A stretch of 64,000 nucleotides of DNA from Candidatus Rifleibacteriota bacterium (GTDB lineage Bacteria > Muiribacteriota > Ozemobacteria > Ozemobacterales > Ozemobacteraceae). The stretch is taken from positions 128,826 to 192,825 of the forward strand of contig JAAYNI010000033.1 of assembly GCA_012520995.1 (NCBI GenBank). The letters run 5' to 3'. Shown one piece after another: positions 1 through 9,288 of the stretch; the first letter of the stretch is position 1; each line of letters opens with the position of its first letter. The position numbers and the translations under genes were made by a program. The notes below the pieces were generated by a model, which was not told the DNA's origin, ran no database searches, and saw nothing but the letters and a program-made list of their open reading frames with translations.

Positions 1-1371
1 GGGTTCGCCCGTTTCAGGCTCTGTCATCTTTTCAGCGTTGCCGTGGTCAGCAGTAATTATGCAGTTGTAACCCAAGCCATAAGCTACTGGGATAACTTTG
101 GCTAACACGTTGTCTACTGTTTTGACGGCTTCAACGGCGGCATCAAATATACCTGTATGACCGACCATATCACAGTTTGCGAAGTTGACCATTATGAACG
201 GATATTTCTTGGATCTGAGTTTTTCGTTCAAAATATCGCCTACTTCAAAAGCTGACATTTCAGGTTTAAGGTCGTAGGTTTTTACTTTTGGCGAAGGTAT
301 CATGACACGATCTTCCATGGGGAATGGAGCTTCTTCGCCTCCATTTGTAAAATAGGTTACGTGGGCGTATTTTTCTGTTTCGGCTAAGCGGAACTGTGGG
401 ATGTTATTGTCTGCCAGAACTTTTCCAAGAACATTGTCTAATTTCTCTTGCTTAAAAAGCACGGGGAAAGTAAATTCGTCGGAATAGTTGGTAAAGCTTA
501 CATAAGAGACGGTCATCTCTTTGCGTTTGAATTCCTCAAAAGCAGGAGCAGTAAAGACTCTCGTGATTTGTCTCATACGATCTGCTCTGAAATTGAAGGC
601 CAGAATAGCATCGCCGTCTTCAATAGTTGCGACAGGGGTTCCGTCTTCTTTTTCTATGACTGCCGGCATTATGAACTCGTCTGTGACGTTTACTTTGTAT
701 GAGGCTTCTACAGCCAGTTCTGCTGACGGTGCTCGGTTGCCTACTCCCAAAACCATAGCTGCATAAGCTTTTTCGACTCTTTCCCAGCGGTTGTCTCTGT
801 CCATTGCATAGTATCGGCCTGAAACAGTAGCAATTTGTCCTGTGCCAATCTCTTTGATTTTTTCTTCGAGAGCTTTGATAAAGTGGATTCCTGAAGTCGG
901 TGAAGTGTCTCTGCCATCAGTGAAGCAATGTATAAAGACTTTTTCAAGACCGGCGTCTTTGGCTGCTTTCAAAATAGCGTATATGTGGTTTTGATGGCTG
1001 TGAACTCCGCCATCAGAAACCAATCCGTAAAGGTGGAGAGCTTTTTCAGAGGCTTTGAGCTTTGTGAAAAGGTCCTGCAATACCGGGTTTGTGAAGAAAG
1101 AACCTTCTTCAATGGCCATGTTTATTCGGGTAATGTCTTGGTAGACAATTCTCCCTGCGCCTATGTTCAGATGGCCAACTTCAGAGTTGCCCATTTGTCC
1201 TGCAGGCAAGCCGACTTCTCTGCCGGATGCGTTAATTTCTGTATAGGGTCTCTCGTTGAAAAGTTTCAGGAGAAACTCGGGTTTAGCTTCTGCAATGGCA
1301 TTGCCTTCAGTTTCTTTCGAAACTCCGAAGCCGTCAAGAATCACTAGTAGAACGTCTGTAGCTGGTTTCAT
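1..1371 (-). CDS. gpmI: 2,3-bisphosphoglycerate-independent phosphoglycerate mutase (3' end outside window)
   Basis: Manual translation from ATG at 1371: MKPATDVLLVILDGFGV..., GQMGNSEVGHLNIGAGR, SDGGVHSH, DGRDT, ETEKYAHVTYF, NFANCDMVGHTG, ADHGNAE. Missing from the ORF track because it runs off the window. Confidence 0.97.
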   Translation of the reverse strand, partial: MKPATDVLLVILDGFGVSKETEGNAIAEAKPEFLLKLFNERPYTEINASGREVGLPAGQMGNSEVGHLNIGAGRIVYQDITRINMAIEEGSFFTNPVLQDLFTKLKASEKALHLYGLVSDGGVHSHQNHIYAILKAAKDAGLEKVFIHCFTDGRDTSPTSGIHFIKALEEKIKEIGTGQIATVSGRYYAMDRDNRWERVEKAYAAMVLGVGNRAPSAELAVEASYKVNVTDEFIMPAVIEKEDGTPVATIEDGDAILAFNFRADRMRQITRVFTAPAFEEFKRKEMTVSYVSFTNYSDEFTFPVLFKQEKLDNVLGKVLADNNIPQFRLAETEKYAHVTYFTNGGEEAPFPMEDRVMIPSPKVKTYDLKPEMSAFEVGDILNEKLRSKKYPFIMVNFANCDMVGHTGIFDAAVEAVKTVDNVLAKVIPVAYGLGYNCIITADHGNAEKMTEPETGEP

Positions 1372-1402
1372 AGTATACCTTAGTCCTTCTTTTAACGGTA
1401 AG

Positions 1403-1431
1403 ATTATAAGCTCTTACTTCTTTGATGTCAA
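1403..1431 (-). promoter_or_regulatory. sigma70 promoter of gpmI
   Basis: Minus strand TTGACA-17 nt-TATAAT, perfect consensus. Confidence 0.85.
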
Positions 1432-1488
1432 CAATTTGCCACGAGACAGAATTGGAGATGTTTCAAAAGATTAAATTGAGAATTCATA

Positions 1489-1517
1489 TTGAAATATGCT
1501 TTTTATTAATTTATAAT
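1489..1517 (+). promoter_or_regulatory. sigma70 promoter of cheC-cheD-hyp-fliA
   Basis: TTGAAA(1489-1494)-17 nt-TATAAT(1512-1517). Confidence 0.75.
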
Positions 1518-1547
1518 AGTTCCAACTATCGCCAAGGGCGGTTATCT

Positions 1548-2168
1548 ATGTCGCATACAAAACAATTGACAAGTTTGCAGCTTGATGCCCTCAAAGAAGC
1601 GGCCAACATAGGAGCCGGCAATGCAGCCGGAGCTTTGGCACAGTTTTTAGGGCGACGCATTGATATGAGCGTGCCAAGAACTGCATTGATCAGTTGTGCT
1701 GATATTGCTAGCTATGCTGGTCTGGAAGAAGACTCGCAAAGCATTAGCATAGCTTTCCGTGTTATTGGTGATTTGCCAGGGCATTTTCTGATGCTGCTTT
1801 CAGAAAAAACAGGTCTTTCTCTTCTTAAAGGGCTTCTTCCGGAAACCAAACAAGTTGAGATTGATAATATGGGAGAACTTGAAGAATCATGTCTGAAAGA
1901 AGTAGGCAACATAATGACTGCTTCTTTTCTTATTGCTCTCTCGGTTTTTCTGAAGGTTAATTTGATGAACTCCTTGCCTGAAATGACTATTTGCGAGGGC
2001 GGTCTTTTCTCTGAGTTGCTTCTTGACGAGTTTAAATGCTCTGATGCCAAAGCGTTGATGTTGGAAACCCGCTTTCACGAAAGTGAAGAAAACTTGAATA
2101 TTTATCTTTTCTTTTTGCCTACCGAAACTTCCCTTAAGAAGCTTCTGAAAAAACTGGGGTTGCCATGA
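1548..2168 (+). CDS. cheC: Chemotaxis phosphatase CheC
   Basis: LDALKEAANIGAGNAA and SCLKEVGNIM duplicated S/D-xxx-E-xx-N motifs; start moved to ATG 1548, downstream of the promoter. Confidence 0.92.
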   Translation: MSHTKQLTSLQLDALKEAANIGAGNAAGALAQFLGRRIDMSVPRTALISCADIASYAGLEEDSQSISIAFRVIGDLPGHFLMLLSEKTGLSLLKGLLPETKQVEIDNMGELEESCLKEVGNIMTASFLIALSVFLKVNLMNSLPEMTICEGGLFSELLLDEFKCSDAKALMLETRFHESEENLNIYLFFLPTETSLKKLLKKLGLP

Positions 2169-2659
2169 TGGCTGATCTGCGAACAGTTCCTATGGGTAAG
2201 ATGGATATAGCTCAAGGCGGAGAGCTCTTGGCTGTTTACGGGATAGGTTCATGTGTCATAATGACGTTCTTCAATTTCGACAGCCAAATAGGCGCTCTGG
2301 CTCATGTGTTGCTTCCTGATTCGACTCAGGAGGAAGACTCGGAGGATTTTAATCTCTTTAAATTCGCTGATACCGCAGTTTTAGGAATGACAACCGCCCT
2401 TGCTGGCAGAGGTGTTCCGCGCCGCAGTCTTGTGGCAAAACTCGTCGGAGGAGCCGAGATGTTTGGAGAGGAAAACCCTGATGCCTTGTCTCGCGTGGGA
2501 GCGGAAAATGTAGCGGCTGCAAAAGAGGCTTTGAAAAAAGCTGGCATACCTTTGATAGCAGAGGATGTCGGCGGCTCTAAAGGCCGATCTGTTACATTCG
2601 ACTCTTCTTCTGGGATGTTGACTGTGTCAGTCTTAGGTGAAGAGGATAAGGAAATTTGA
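2165..2659 (+). CDS. cheD: Chemoreceptor glutamine deamidase CheD
   Basis: GIGSCV, AHVLLP, KFAD, AKLVGGAEMF, EDVGGSKGR motifs. Confidence 0.95.
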   Translation: MMADLRTVPMGKMDIAQGGELLAVYGIGSCVIMTFFNFDSQIGALAHVLLPDSTQEEDSEDFNLFKFADTAVLGMTTALAGRGVPRRSLVAKLVGGAEMFGEENPDALSRVGAENVAAAKEALKKAGIPLIAEDVGGSKGRSVTFDSSSGMLTVSVLGEEDKEI

Positions 2660-3055
2660 ATGAGCAGACTCTCGATTGTCATGGGCATATTTCTTGCTTT
2701 AGTGGTAGCGGTAAGTGTGCTCTTGGCAGGAGTGATGTCATCGGTAGAACCTTTGACAGTTGTCTGCCGTTTTATTATAGTGTTCTTTATATTTGGCATT
2801 TTAGGAACCTTCATAGGCAGTTTTTTGGAGATTTTTTTAATGCCGGTTCTTGAAACAGAAGAAAATATAACTTTAAAAGCAGAAATGAAAGCTGATGACT
2901 CGGAGATTAAAGCTAAGCTTGGCGATCTTCTGGAAAGCAGAAAAAGCGGCACAGAAGAAAAATCTGGCAAAGACTTTGATTCAGACTCCGATGAGGAAGT
3001 TTTCGGAACTGAGTCGGCAGCAGTCGACAAGTCAGTGGATATAACGGAGGGCTGA
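2660..3055 (+). CDS. Hypothetical 2-TM membrane protein with acidic tail
   Basis: Two hydrophobic helices, then a D/E/K-rich tail; tightly packed between cheD and fliA. Confidence 0.75.
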   Translation: MSRLSIVMGIFLALVVAVSVLLAGVMSSVEPLTVVCRFIIVFFIFGILGTFIGSFLEIFLMPVLETEENITLKAEMKADDSEIKAKLGDLLESRKSGTEEKSGKDFDSDSDEEVFGTESAAVDKSVDITEG

Positions 3056-3056
3056 T

Positions 3057-3902
3057 GTGAACAAATCACTTCTGACAGAGCCTGAAGCTCAGGACAAAAT
3101 AATTAATCCGATGCTTACGGCAAGACTGGAAGACGAGGACGATCAGAAGCTGTGGGAGCGCTATAAACAAAGCGGCGACCAGAAAATCAAAGATGCTTTG
3201 ATTGTTAAATATGCTTCCTTTGTGAAGTTTGTCGCTGGCAGAATAGCTGTGAATTTGCCTAGCAACGTTGAGTTTGATGACCTTGTCAGCTATGGCATTT
3301 TAGGTTTAATAGATGCTATAGACAAATATGACCTTGATAAAAACGTTAAGTTTAAAACATATGCGAAAACCAGAATAAGAGGCGCTATTTTTGATGAATT
3401 GCGTGGGCTTGACTGGACTCCGCGTTCTATTAGGCAAAAAGCCAGAAAGTTGGAAAAAGCCTATGCAAAACTTGAAGGAAAGCTTGGGAGAGATGCTAAA
3501 GACAGTGAGATTGCGGAATATCTCAATATAGATGTTTCTGAGCTTCACAAGCTCTTTGATGAAACCAAGAAGTCTCTGCTCTTATCGCTTGATGAGATTT
3601 TTTATGATGATGATGAGGGATCTTCCCGCTTTGATTTCATAGAGGATGTTACCAGTGATAATCCTCAAAAAAATATAGAGGAAGTCGAAGCCAAAAAGAT
3701 CTTAGCTGACGCTATATCAAAACTTTCTGACAGAGAACGAATAGTTATCACTCTGTATTATTATGAGGATTTGACCTCTAAGGAGATAGGAAAGATACTC
3801 GGAGTTTCTGATTCCAGAGTTTCGCAGCTGCATACTAAAGCAATATTGCGCCTCAGAGGCCGATTGAGCCGTATTAAGTATGCTCTTATGACTGATAAAT
3901 AG
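3057..3902 (+). CDS. fliA: FliA/WhiG family RNA polymerase sigma factor (sigma28)
   Basis: DDLVSYGILGLIDAIDKYD, FKTYAKTRIRGAIFDELRGLDW, EIGKILGVSDSRVSQLH. Confidence 0.95.
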   Translation: MNKSLLTEPEAQDKIINPMLTARLEDEDDQKLWERYKQSGDQKIKDALIVKYASFVKFVAGRIAVNLPSNVEFDDLVSYGILGLIDAIDKYDLDKNVKFKTYAKTRIRGAIFDELRGLDWTPRSIRQKARKLEKAYAKLEGKLGRDAKDSEIAEYLNIDVSELHKLFDETKKSLLLSLDEIFYDDDEGSSRFDFIEDVTSDNPQKNIEEVEAKKILADAISKLSDRERIVITLYYYEDLTSKEIGKILGVSDSRVSQLHTKAILRLRGRLSRIKYALMTDK

Positions 3903-3928
3903 CAAGTCTCAGCTAATTCAACCTCCGG

Positions 3929-3976
3929 AAAAGAAGAGCCTGCCCGCTTTTAAGAGTTGGCAGGCTTTCTTCTTTT
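3929..3976 (+). terminator. Intrinsic terminator after fliA
   Basis: aaaagaagagcctgcc...ggcaggctttcttctttt inverted repeat. Confidence 0.75.
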
Positions 3977-3979
3977 AGC

Positions 3980-4022
3980 AAAAAAAATCCCTGCCTAAGA
4001 GACTTAAAAGCAGGGTTTTTTT
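3980..4022. terminator. Second hairpin, likely bidirectional terminator
   Basis: A-tract-ccctgc...gcaggg-T-tract between convergent genes. Confidence 0.7.
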
Positions 4023-4045
4023 AGTTATATGTAAAAGAAAAAAGT

Positions 4046-4669
4046 TTATTCTTCTTCAGCTTCTTCTTTTTCTTCAAGGCTGGAGGTATTTGTCGGTTCA
4101 TCGTCTTCCTCTTCTTCAAACTTGAATTGAGAAAGCAACTTGTCTAATTCTCTGGCGCTTTCCAAGAGGCCTGTAAACTTTTGGTCTTTATCTAAAATTT
4201 CAGCTTTGAGAGCCATATCGTCAGTTAAAGCCTTCGCGGTTGAAAGAGTGTTTCTCAATTTTTCGGAAAGCTTGTTCAGAGCAGAAGCCAATTCTTTCAG
4301 GTTGTCGTCTTTTCTGAGATTTATAGCAAAATTAAGATCGCCGTTTGTGATGCGTTGAATACATTTTTCTAGTTTATAGGCGGGACCCGCTGTTTTATGT
4401 GAATATATGACTGCCACTATGAATACTATAAAAATATTGACAATGAGTATTGTAAAGAGTCTGCCTGCATACTTGGAGGTAAACTCTGACAAGAAGCTCA
4501 CTACAGTGTATTGTTGAGTTAAGGTGGCATCCGTTTCTAGGAAAAAACTGGCCAGCAAATAAAGATTAAAAGCGGTTACCACGGCAACCAGCAAGACTAT
4601 AAGTATGCTCATTGCGGCATATTTACTTTGCATAGCCTTTGCTACAAAGTAGTTTTTACGTTGGGTCAT
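4046..4669 (-). CDS. 2-TM HAMP-domain membrane protein without an output domain
   Basis: Two TM helices, then SHKTAGPAYKLEKCIQRITNGDLNFAINLRKDD HAMP-like segment; ATG 4669 preceded by AGGAG. Confidence 0.8.
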   Translation of the reverse strand: MTQRKNYFVAKAMQSKYAAMSILIVLLVAVVTAFNLYLLASFFLETDATLTQQYTVVSFLSEFTSKYAGRLFTILIVNIFIVFIVAVIYSHKTAGPAYKLEKCIQRITNGDLNFAINLRKDDNLKELASALNKLSEKLRNTLSTAKALTDDMALKAEILDKDQKFTGLLESARELDKLLSQFKFEEEEDDEPTNTSSLEEKEEAEEE

Positions 4670-4700
4670 CAAAAATGTCTCCTGAAATAATTGCAACTTT

Positions 4701-4729
4701 AGAATACAACAATGTTTTCTATTAGTCAA
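4701..4729 (-). promoter_or_regulatory. sigma70 promoter of HAMP gene
   Basis: Minus strand TTGACT-17 nt-TATTCT. Confidence 0.65.
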
Positions 4730-4821
4730 TTCACGGAAAAAAAGAACCCGGATGTCTTAAAAAGCTTTTCCGGATTCCTTTTAACAAAGCATTTGCCAAA
4801 CGCAAGATCCCAGAGGGAATG

Positions 4822-4856
4822 AAAGGGGACTGTTGCAGTTGAGAAACAGTCCGCCT
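4822..4856 (-). terminator. Terminator-like hairpin after glycine-zipper gene
   Basis: ggactgtt(4827-4834)/aacagtcc(4845-4852) stem just past the stop codon. Confidence 0.55.
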
Positions 4857-4865
4857 AATTGTGTT

Positions 4866-5630
4866 TTAGTAAGATGGGCTTTTGCCTATTACTTCCTGAT
4901 AGTTCTGGTAAGCATCGAGATATTCTTTATGAACTGTCTCAAGATCTTTGGCAGAAACATTGCTTCTAGTGGCATTTACATATGTTTTATAGGCTTTCTG
5001 ATAGCGTTCAGCCGCAAGTCTGGCTTTTGTATCGGCATCTACGATTTTTTCCTCTTCCAGAACGGGAGCCTGTACTGTAGTTGCACTGTAAACAGGCGGC
5101 AGAGATGTAGAGGCTGCGGGAACTTTCGCAGGTAATGCCTGAACAGAAGTTGTCTTGGTTGTCGCAGTGGATGAGCGCTCAGCGGGCGCGAAGAGTTTTC
5201 CGCCTGTAGCTGCCGCGTCAATGCGATAAATGAGGTTCATTGCCAACTTGCCAAGGAAACCGCCAAGCAGAGGGCCTATTATGTAGCCTATGGGACCCAT
5301 TGAAGCCATGGCACTCAGTCCGACCCCGGCTCCAGCTATGACAGCTATATTAGTGAGGCTTCCTGTCATGTATCTGCCAATTATTCCACCGACGCTGTAT
5401 CCAAGAATACCGCCGATAAGGGTGCCAAGGGGAGGATAGAATGCTGAGCATATAGATGCACCGGCCAAGGTTCCGCCGACTTTGCCTATTACATCGCCAT
5501 AAGGGCGTATAGCAGCAAGCATACTGCCAAGCAATCCTGCTTCTGCTGTATGCGGAGTAGCAAAGATCATTGCCAGCATGGTGACTGTTAGCACTATGCT
5601 TAAAGTTTTTCTTGTTTTAATCTTATACAT
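4866..5630 (-). CDS. Exported glycine-zipper hypothetical protein
   Basis: Signal peptide ending AEA, many GxxxG hydrophobic segments, T/S/P linker, helical C-terminus; GGAGG RBS. Confidence 0.8.
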   Translation of the reverse strand: MYKIKTRKTLSIVLTVTMLAMIFATPHTAEAGLLGSMLAAIRPYGDVIGKVGGTLAGASICSAFYPPLGTLIGGILGYSVGGIIGRYMTGSLTNIAVIAGAGVGLSAMASMGPIGYIIGPLLGGFLGKLAMNLIYRIDAAATGGKLFAPAERSSTATTKTTSVQALPAKVPAASTSLPPVYSATTVQAPVLEEEKIVDADTKARLAAERYQKAYKTYVNATRSNVSAKDLETVHKEYLDAYQNYQEVIGKSPSY

Positions 5631-5671
5631 ATTAACCTCCGAGTTATATGCTTGTTATGACACTTATAACA

Positions 5672-5700
5672 ATTATAGCCAAAAAAAAACAAACCCGCAA
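5672..5700 (-). promoter_or_regulatory. sigma70 promoter with T9 tract in spacer
   Basis: Minus strand TTGCGG-17 nt (gtttgtttttttttggc)-TATAAT. Confidence 0.65.
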
Positions 5701-5885
5701 TGTACCGAACAGTTTTTTACTAAAACTTATCTAAAAGTTTCTTTCAGAATTTTTATTCGCAGATGAAAACAGACAAGATTTTAAGCATGGCTTAAAATCA
5801 GGGAGTAGGGGAGCTTGTCCGAAAACTAGTGAAAAACGTAAAATTTGAAAAAGTGCAGAAAAGAGCAAAACATTTATTTCTAAAA

Positions 5886-5965
5886 TTTATACTTTATAAT
5901 TTCTAATTTCTAACTCAATTAAGCTCGCCACTGATCACTGGCTGTTTCTGCTCCCTAATCCCTAA
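5886..5965. repeat. Cluster of short degenerate heptamer tandem repeats
   Basis: tttatac-tttataa-tttctaa-tttctaa (5886-5913), ccactga-tcactgg (5928-5941), tccctaa-tccctaa (5952-5965). Confidence 0.6.
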
Positions 5966-7062
5966 CTTCTGGAGTTCTCAAGTATGTCGGCAATTCTTAT
6001 GCTGGCTTTGCCGTCTCCGTATGGGTTGACGGCTTTTGCCATTTTTGTGTAGGACGATTTGTTTTCTAAGAGTTCTTTAAAATTTTCATATATGACATTT
6101 TCATTTGTGCCTACAAGACGGGCTGTTCCAGCTTTTATACCTTCGGGTCTTTCGGTGGTGTCTCGCATCACAAGAACAGGTTTTCCGTATGAGGGGCATT
6201 CTTCTTGGATGCCGCCTGAGTCTGTGAGACAGAGATGACATCTGGCTTCAAAATTATGACAGTCAAAAACATCTATAGGCTCAATTATATGGATCCTTTC
6301 GCAATCACCAAGCTCTTCATCGGCTATTTGTCTGACAGTAGGATTCATATGGATAGGATAAACAGCTTTGCAGTCCGGGTGTTCGCTTAAAACTCGCTTG
6401 ATGGCTCTGAACATGCTTCGCATAGGTTCGCCGATATTTTCTCTTCTGTGAGCCGTTATAAAAATAAGCTTGTCTTTACCGACCCAATCAAGTTCAGGAT
6501 GAGTGTAATCTTCTCTGACTGTGTGCTGCATAGCGTCAATTACAGTGTTTCCTGTTACATATATGCTTTTGGGGGCTTTCCCTTCTTTTATAAGATTTTC
6601 TTTGGCAAGTTCGGTAGGCGCAAAATTATATTTGGAAACAATGCTGATAGATTGTCTGTTAAATTCTTCGGGATAGGGTGAATAAATGTTGTAGGTGCGT
6701 AAGCCTGCTTCCACATGACCGACAGGAATTTGCATATAAAAAGCTGTCAGAGCTGATACGAAAGCGGTTGAGGTGTCGCCGTGAACCAGAACGCAATCCG
6801 GCTTAACTTCTTCTAAGACGTCTTTTAATCCCAACATTATAGAAGTTGTTATATCAAAAAGAGTCTGCTTTTCTTTCATAATTGAAAGATCAAAGTCGGG
6901 TTTTACTCCAAAGGTTTTGAGAACTTGATCTAACATTTGTCTGTGCTGTCCAGTGACACATACAAAAGTTTTTAGGCTTTTTCTTTTTTTTAACTCTAAC
7001 ACCAAAGGGCACATTTTAATGGCTTCAGGTCTTGTGCCAAAAACCAGTAATATCTTTTTCAT
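5962..7062 (-). CDS. wecB: UDP-N-acetylglucosamine 2-epimerase (non-hydrolysing)
   Basis: GTRPEAIKM, TGQH, VHGDT, HVEAGLR, TDSGGIQEE, TERPEG, NPYGDG. Confidence 0.97.
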   Translation of the reverse strand: MKKILLVFGTRPEAIKMCPLVLELKKRKSLKTFVCVTGQHRQMLDQVLKTFGVKPDFDLSIMKEKQTLFDITTSIMLGLKDVLEEVKPDCVLVHGDTSTAFVSALTAFYMQIPVGHVEAGLRTYNIYSPYPEEFNRQSISIVSKYNFAPTELAKENLIKEGKAPKSIYVTGNTVIDAMQHTVREDYTHPELDWVGKDKLIFITAHRRENIGEPMRSMFRAIKRVLSEHPDCKAVYPIHMNPTVRQIADEELGDCERIHIIEPIDVFDCHNFEARCHLCLTDSGGIQEECPSYGKPVLVMRDTTERPEGIKAGTARLVGTNENVIYENFKELLENKSSYTKMAKAVNPYGDGKASIRIADILENSRS

Positions 7063-7183
7063 TCAGTTTCTCCAAGATTTGGTCGCTTATAAAGCGAGTT
7101 TACCTGTAATTACAGTGCTTTGCAACAAACAGCTGGCTTAAAAAGATTTCTTGGATAATCAGCTTTATGCTATAATTTTACCT

Positions 7184-8524
7184 ATGAAAAGCAATAAAGA
7201 CATTAAAATGATTCTTAGGGAGTTGTCGACTCTCCGTTCTCAAGGTCTCTTGGACGAAGAGTCCTATTTGTCATGTGTTGAATATTATAAAAGCGCTAAT
7301 GGAACAGCTAAAAGTCCAGTCTTAAAGTATGCTTATACGGCTGTGATGATAATTGGCGGTTTAATGCTGGCTTTAGGTGTTATCACCTTTTTCAGCTATA
7401 ACTGGAACAGTTTAGGACGCTCTCTTCAGGTTGCGATTTCTTTTATTCCGCTGCTTTTGGCAGGAGCTTTCTCTGTATTCGTAATTAGGAATAAAGAGGG
7501 ACGAGCTCTTGATGAAATATCTGCTGTAACAACATTTGCAGGAATTATTGTGCTCATAACTATGTTGACGCACATTTATCAAATCTCTGGCAATATAGTA
7601 GATTTTTTTACTCTGCTAATTGTTTTGGGTGTGCCCTTGATGTATGTTTTTGACAGTTATTTGCTTTTTGCTTGTATCTCACTTATGTTGCTTGCCTTCG
7701 GTTATCCTGAACTGACCATAGGTTATGAGTTTATACGTAATTTGCTGTTCGCTGCTCTTATCTTCCCTTTTATGAGCGCAAAACTTAAAAAGAAGGGGTT
7801 TGCTAGAGCTATTATTCAATATTTTGCCATTCCTTATCTTTTATTTATAGCCTTTACTTTTTCCGGTTTCAAACAAATTCCTGCTGTTCTTTTTTCCATG
7901 ATAGGATTTATTTTAGTAATGTCCTTAAATGAAAACAGAGCGGGCGTTTCTATACTCACAAGCCCTTGGTATGCCTTAAGCTATCTGGCATTGTCAGGGA
8001 TTCTTGTTTTTGCATCGCTTTATCGGGTTCCAGGATTAGATATAGGCAGCAGATTTAAAGCAGCTCCTTTTGCAAATAGTATACCAGTAGTTTTCATGCT
8101 CCTTATGATTGCTGGCTCTTTTTATATGGCTTTCCGAAATAACAAAGCTGGAAAAAATGCCTCATTTATGACGGATTTCATGATTGCTTTGTATCAGGTT
8201 TTAGTTTTGCATATTCACCTTTCAGAGTCGGGGCAAACAAGATTGACTACTAATATTTTAACCTTGGCTATTGTCTATTGCTTTATAAAAGAAGGAATAA
8301 AGTTAAAGCGTCTTCTTATAGTGAATTTAGGCATAATAATGTTTTTGGAATATCTTTTTGCTTATTTTGCCACAGCATCTTTTTCGCAGCTGGACAAATC
8401 ATTCCTTTTCATGACGGGCGGAGTTATCTTCTTGGTTTTCAATCATATTGCATATAAACGAATGAAAGATTCGCCTGATGAGTCCTCAGCAGAGGCTTTG
8501 ACTATGAAAGGAGCAGAATCATGA
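7184..8524 (+). CDS. DUF2157-like multi-pass membrane protein
   Basis: N-terminal ELxxLxxxGLL and LGVITFFSYNW, HIYQI motifs; about 12 TM helices; lies upstream of a GDYXXLXY gene as usual for this family. Confidence 0.8.
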   Translation: MKSNKDIKMILRELSTLRSQGLLDEESYLSCVEYYKSANGTAKSPVLKYAYTAVMIIGGLMLALGVITFFSYNWNSLGRSLQVAISFIPLLLAGAFSVFVIRNKEGRALDEISAVTTFAGIIVLITMLTHIYQISGNIVDFFTLLIVLGVPLMYVFDSYLLFACISLMLLAFGYPELTIGYEFIRNLLFAALIFPFMSAKLKKKGFARAIIQYFAIPYLLFIAFTFSGFKQIPAVLFSMIGFILVMSLNENRAGVSILTSPWYALSYLALSGILVFASLYRVPGLDIGSRFKAAPFANSIPVVFMLLMIAGSFYMAFRNNKAGKNASFMTDFMIALYQVLVLHIHLSESGQTRLTTNILTLAIVYCFIKEGIKLKRLLIVNLGIIMFLEYLFAYFATASFSQLDKSFLFMTGGVIFLVFNHIAYKRMKDSPDESSAEALTMKGAES

Positions 8525-9288
8525 TTAAGAAAGAATACAGACTGCCAATATATCTGATAGTCTTTGCCTGCTCTTTGATTTATCCAATTTATCAAATAGT
8601 TAATTTGAATTATTTGATGGATTATGAAATATTTCCTTTTGAGGTCAGCCTCTATGATCCTCTTGATCTTTTTCGAGGGAGATATGTTGCTCTAAGTTAT
8701 GTTGAACTAGGCAAACCTGAAGTGCATGAAGCTGAATCAATTCCGCAAGCTGCAAATCGTTTGTCACAAAAGGTTTGGGCCACTCTTCAAAGAGATGGCG
8801 ATGTAACAAAACTGTCAAAAATTTATTTTGATAAAAAGCATCTGCCAAAAGGAGAGCCGTTTGTAAAAATTGATGGCGATAACTATTATATAAGCTGGCA
8901 ATACGAGGAGATTGCTGAGCCTGAAAGATTTGAAGACAATAAAGAGAATAGAAGACCTGCTGTTTCTGAAAAAAACTCTAAGCAGAAAAAAGAGAAGACC
9001 AAAAAAATTAAAACAGTAAGAGTAACCCGTTTGCCTATAAGCAAGTATTTTATGAACGAAAAACTGGCGCCTGAAGCGGAAAAATTGCTTGCTTCTACAA
9101 GAGGGCATGGCACTTACAGAGGCGAAAGGGTGAAGGCCATATTGCATTTGAGAGTTTATGAAAATGGTCATGTGGCTTCAGAAAAAATGACTGTGGGCGA
9201 TAAGACTATAGAAGAATTTGTCGAGCAATCTCTCAAAGAACAAGCTGCTGAAGCAGAGCGCAAAGAAGGAAGCAGAAGTTGGAAATAG
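8521..9288 (+). CDS. GDYXXLXY domain membrane-anchored protein
   Basis: N-terminal TM, YDPLDLFRGRYVALSY motif, KYFMNEKLAPEAE; ATGA overlap with the upstream gene. Confidence 0.85.
   Translation: MIKKEYRLPIYLIVFACSLIYPIYQIVNLNYLMDYEIFPFEVSLYDPLDLFRGRYVALSYVELGKPEVHEAESIPQAANRLSQKVWATLQRDGDVTKLSKIYFDKKHLPKGEPFVKIDGDNYYISWQYEEIAEPERFEDNKENRRPAVSEKNSKQKKEKTKKIKTVRVTRLPISKYFMNEKLAPEAEKLLASTRGHGTYRGERVKAILHLRVYENGHVASEKMTVGDKTIEEFVEQSLKEQAAEAERKEGSRSWK

Noticed and set aside
448..1474. Short ORFs in the track over 448-1474
   Set aside because: Shadow ORFs of gpmI on the minus strand.
2326..3069. 247-aa minus-strand ORF
   Set aside because: Antisense to cheD and the membrane gene; Ser-rich shadow with no motifs.
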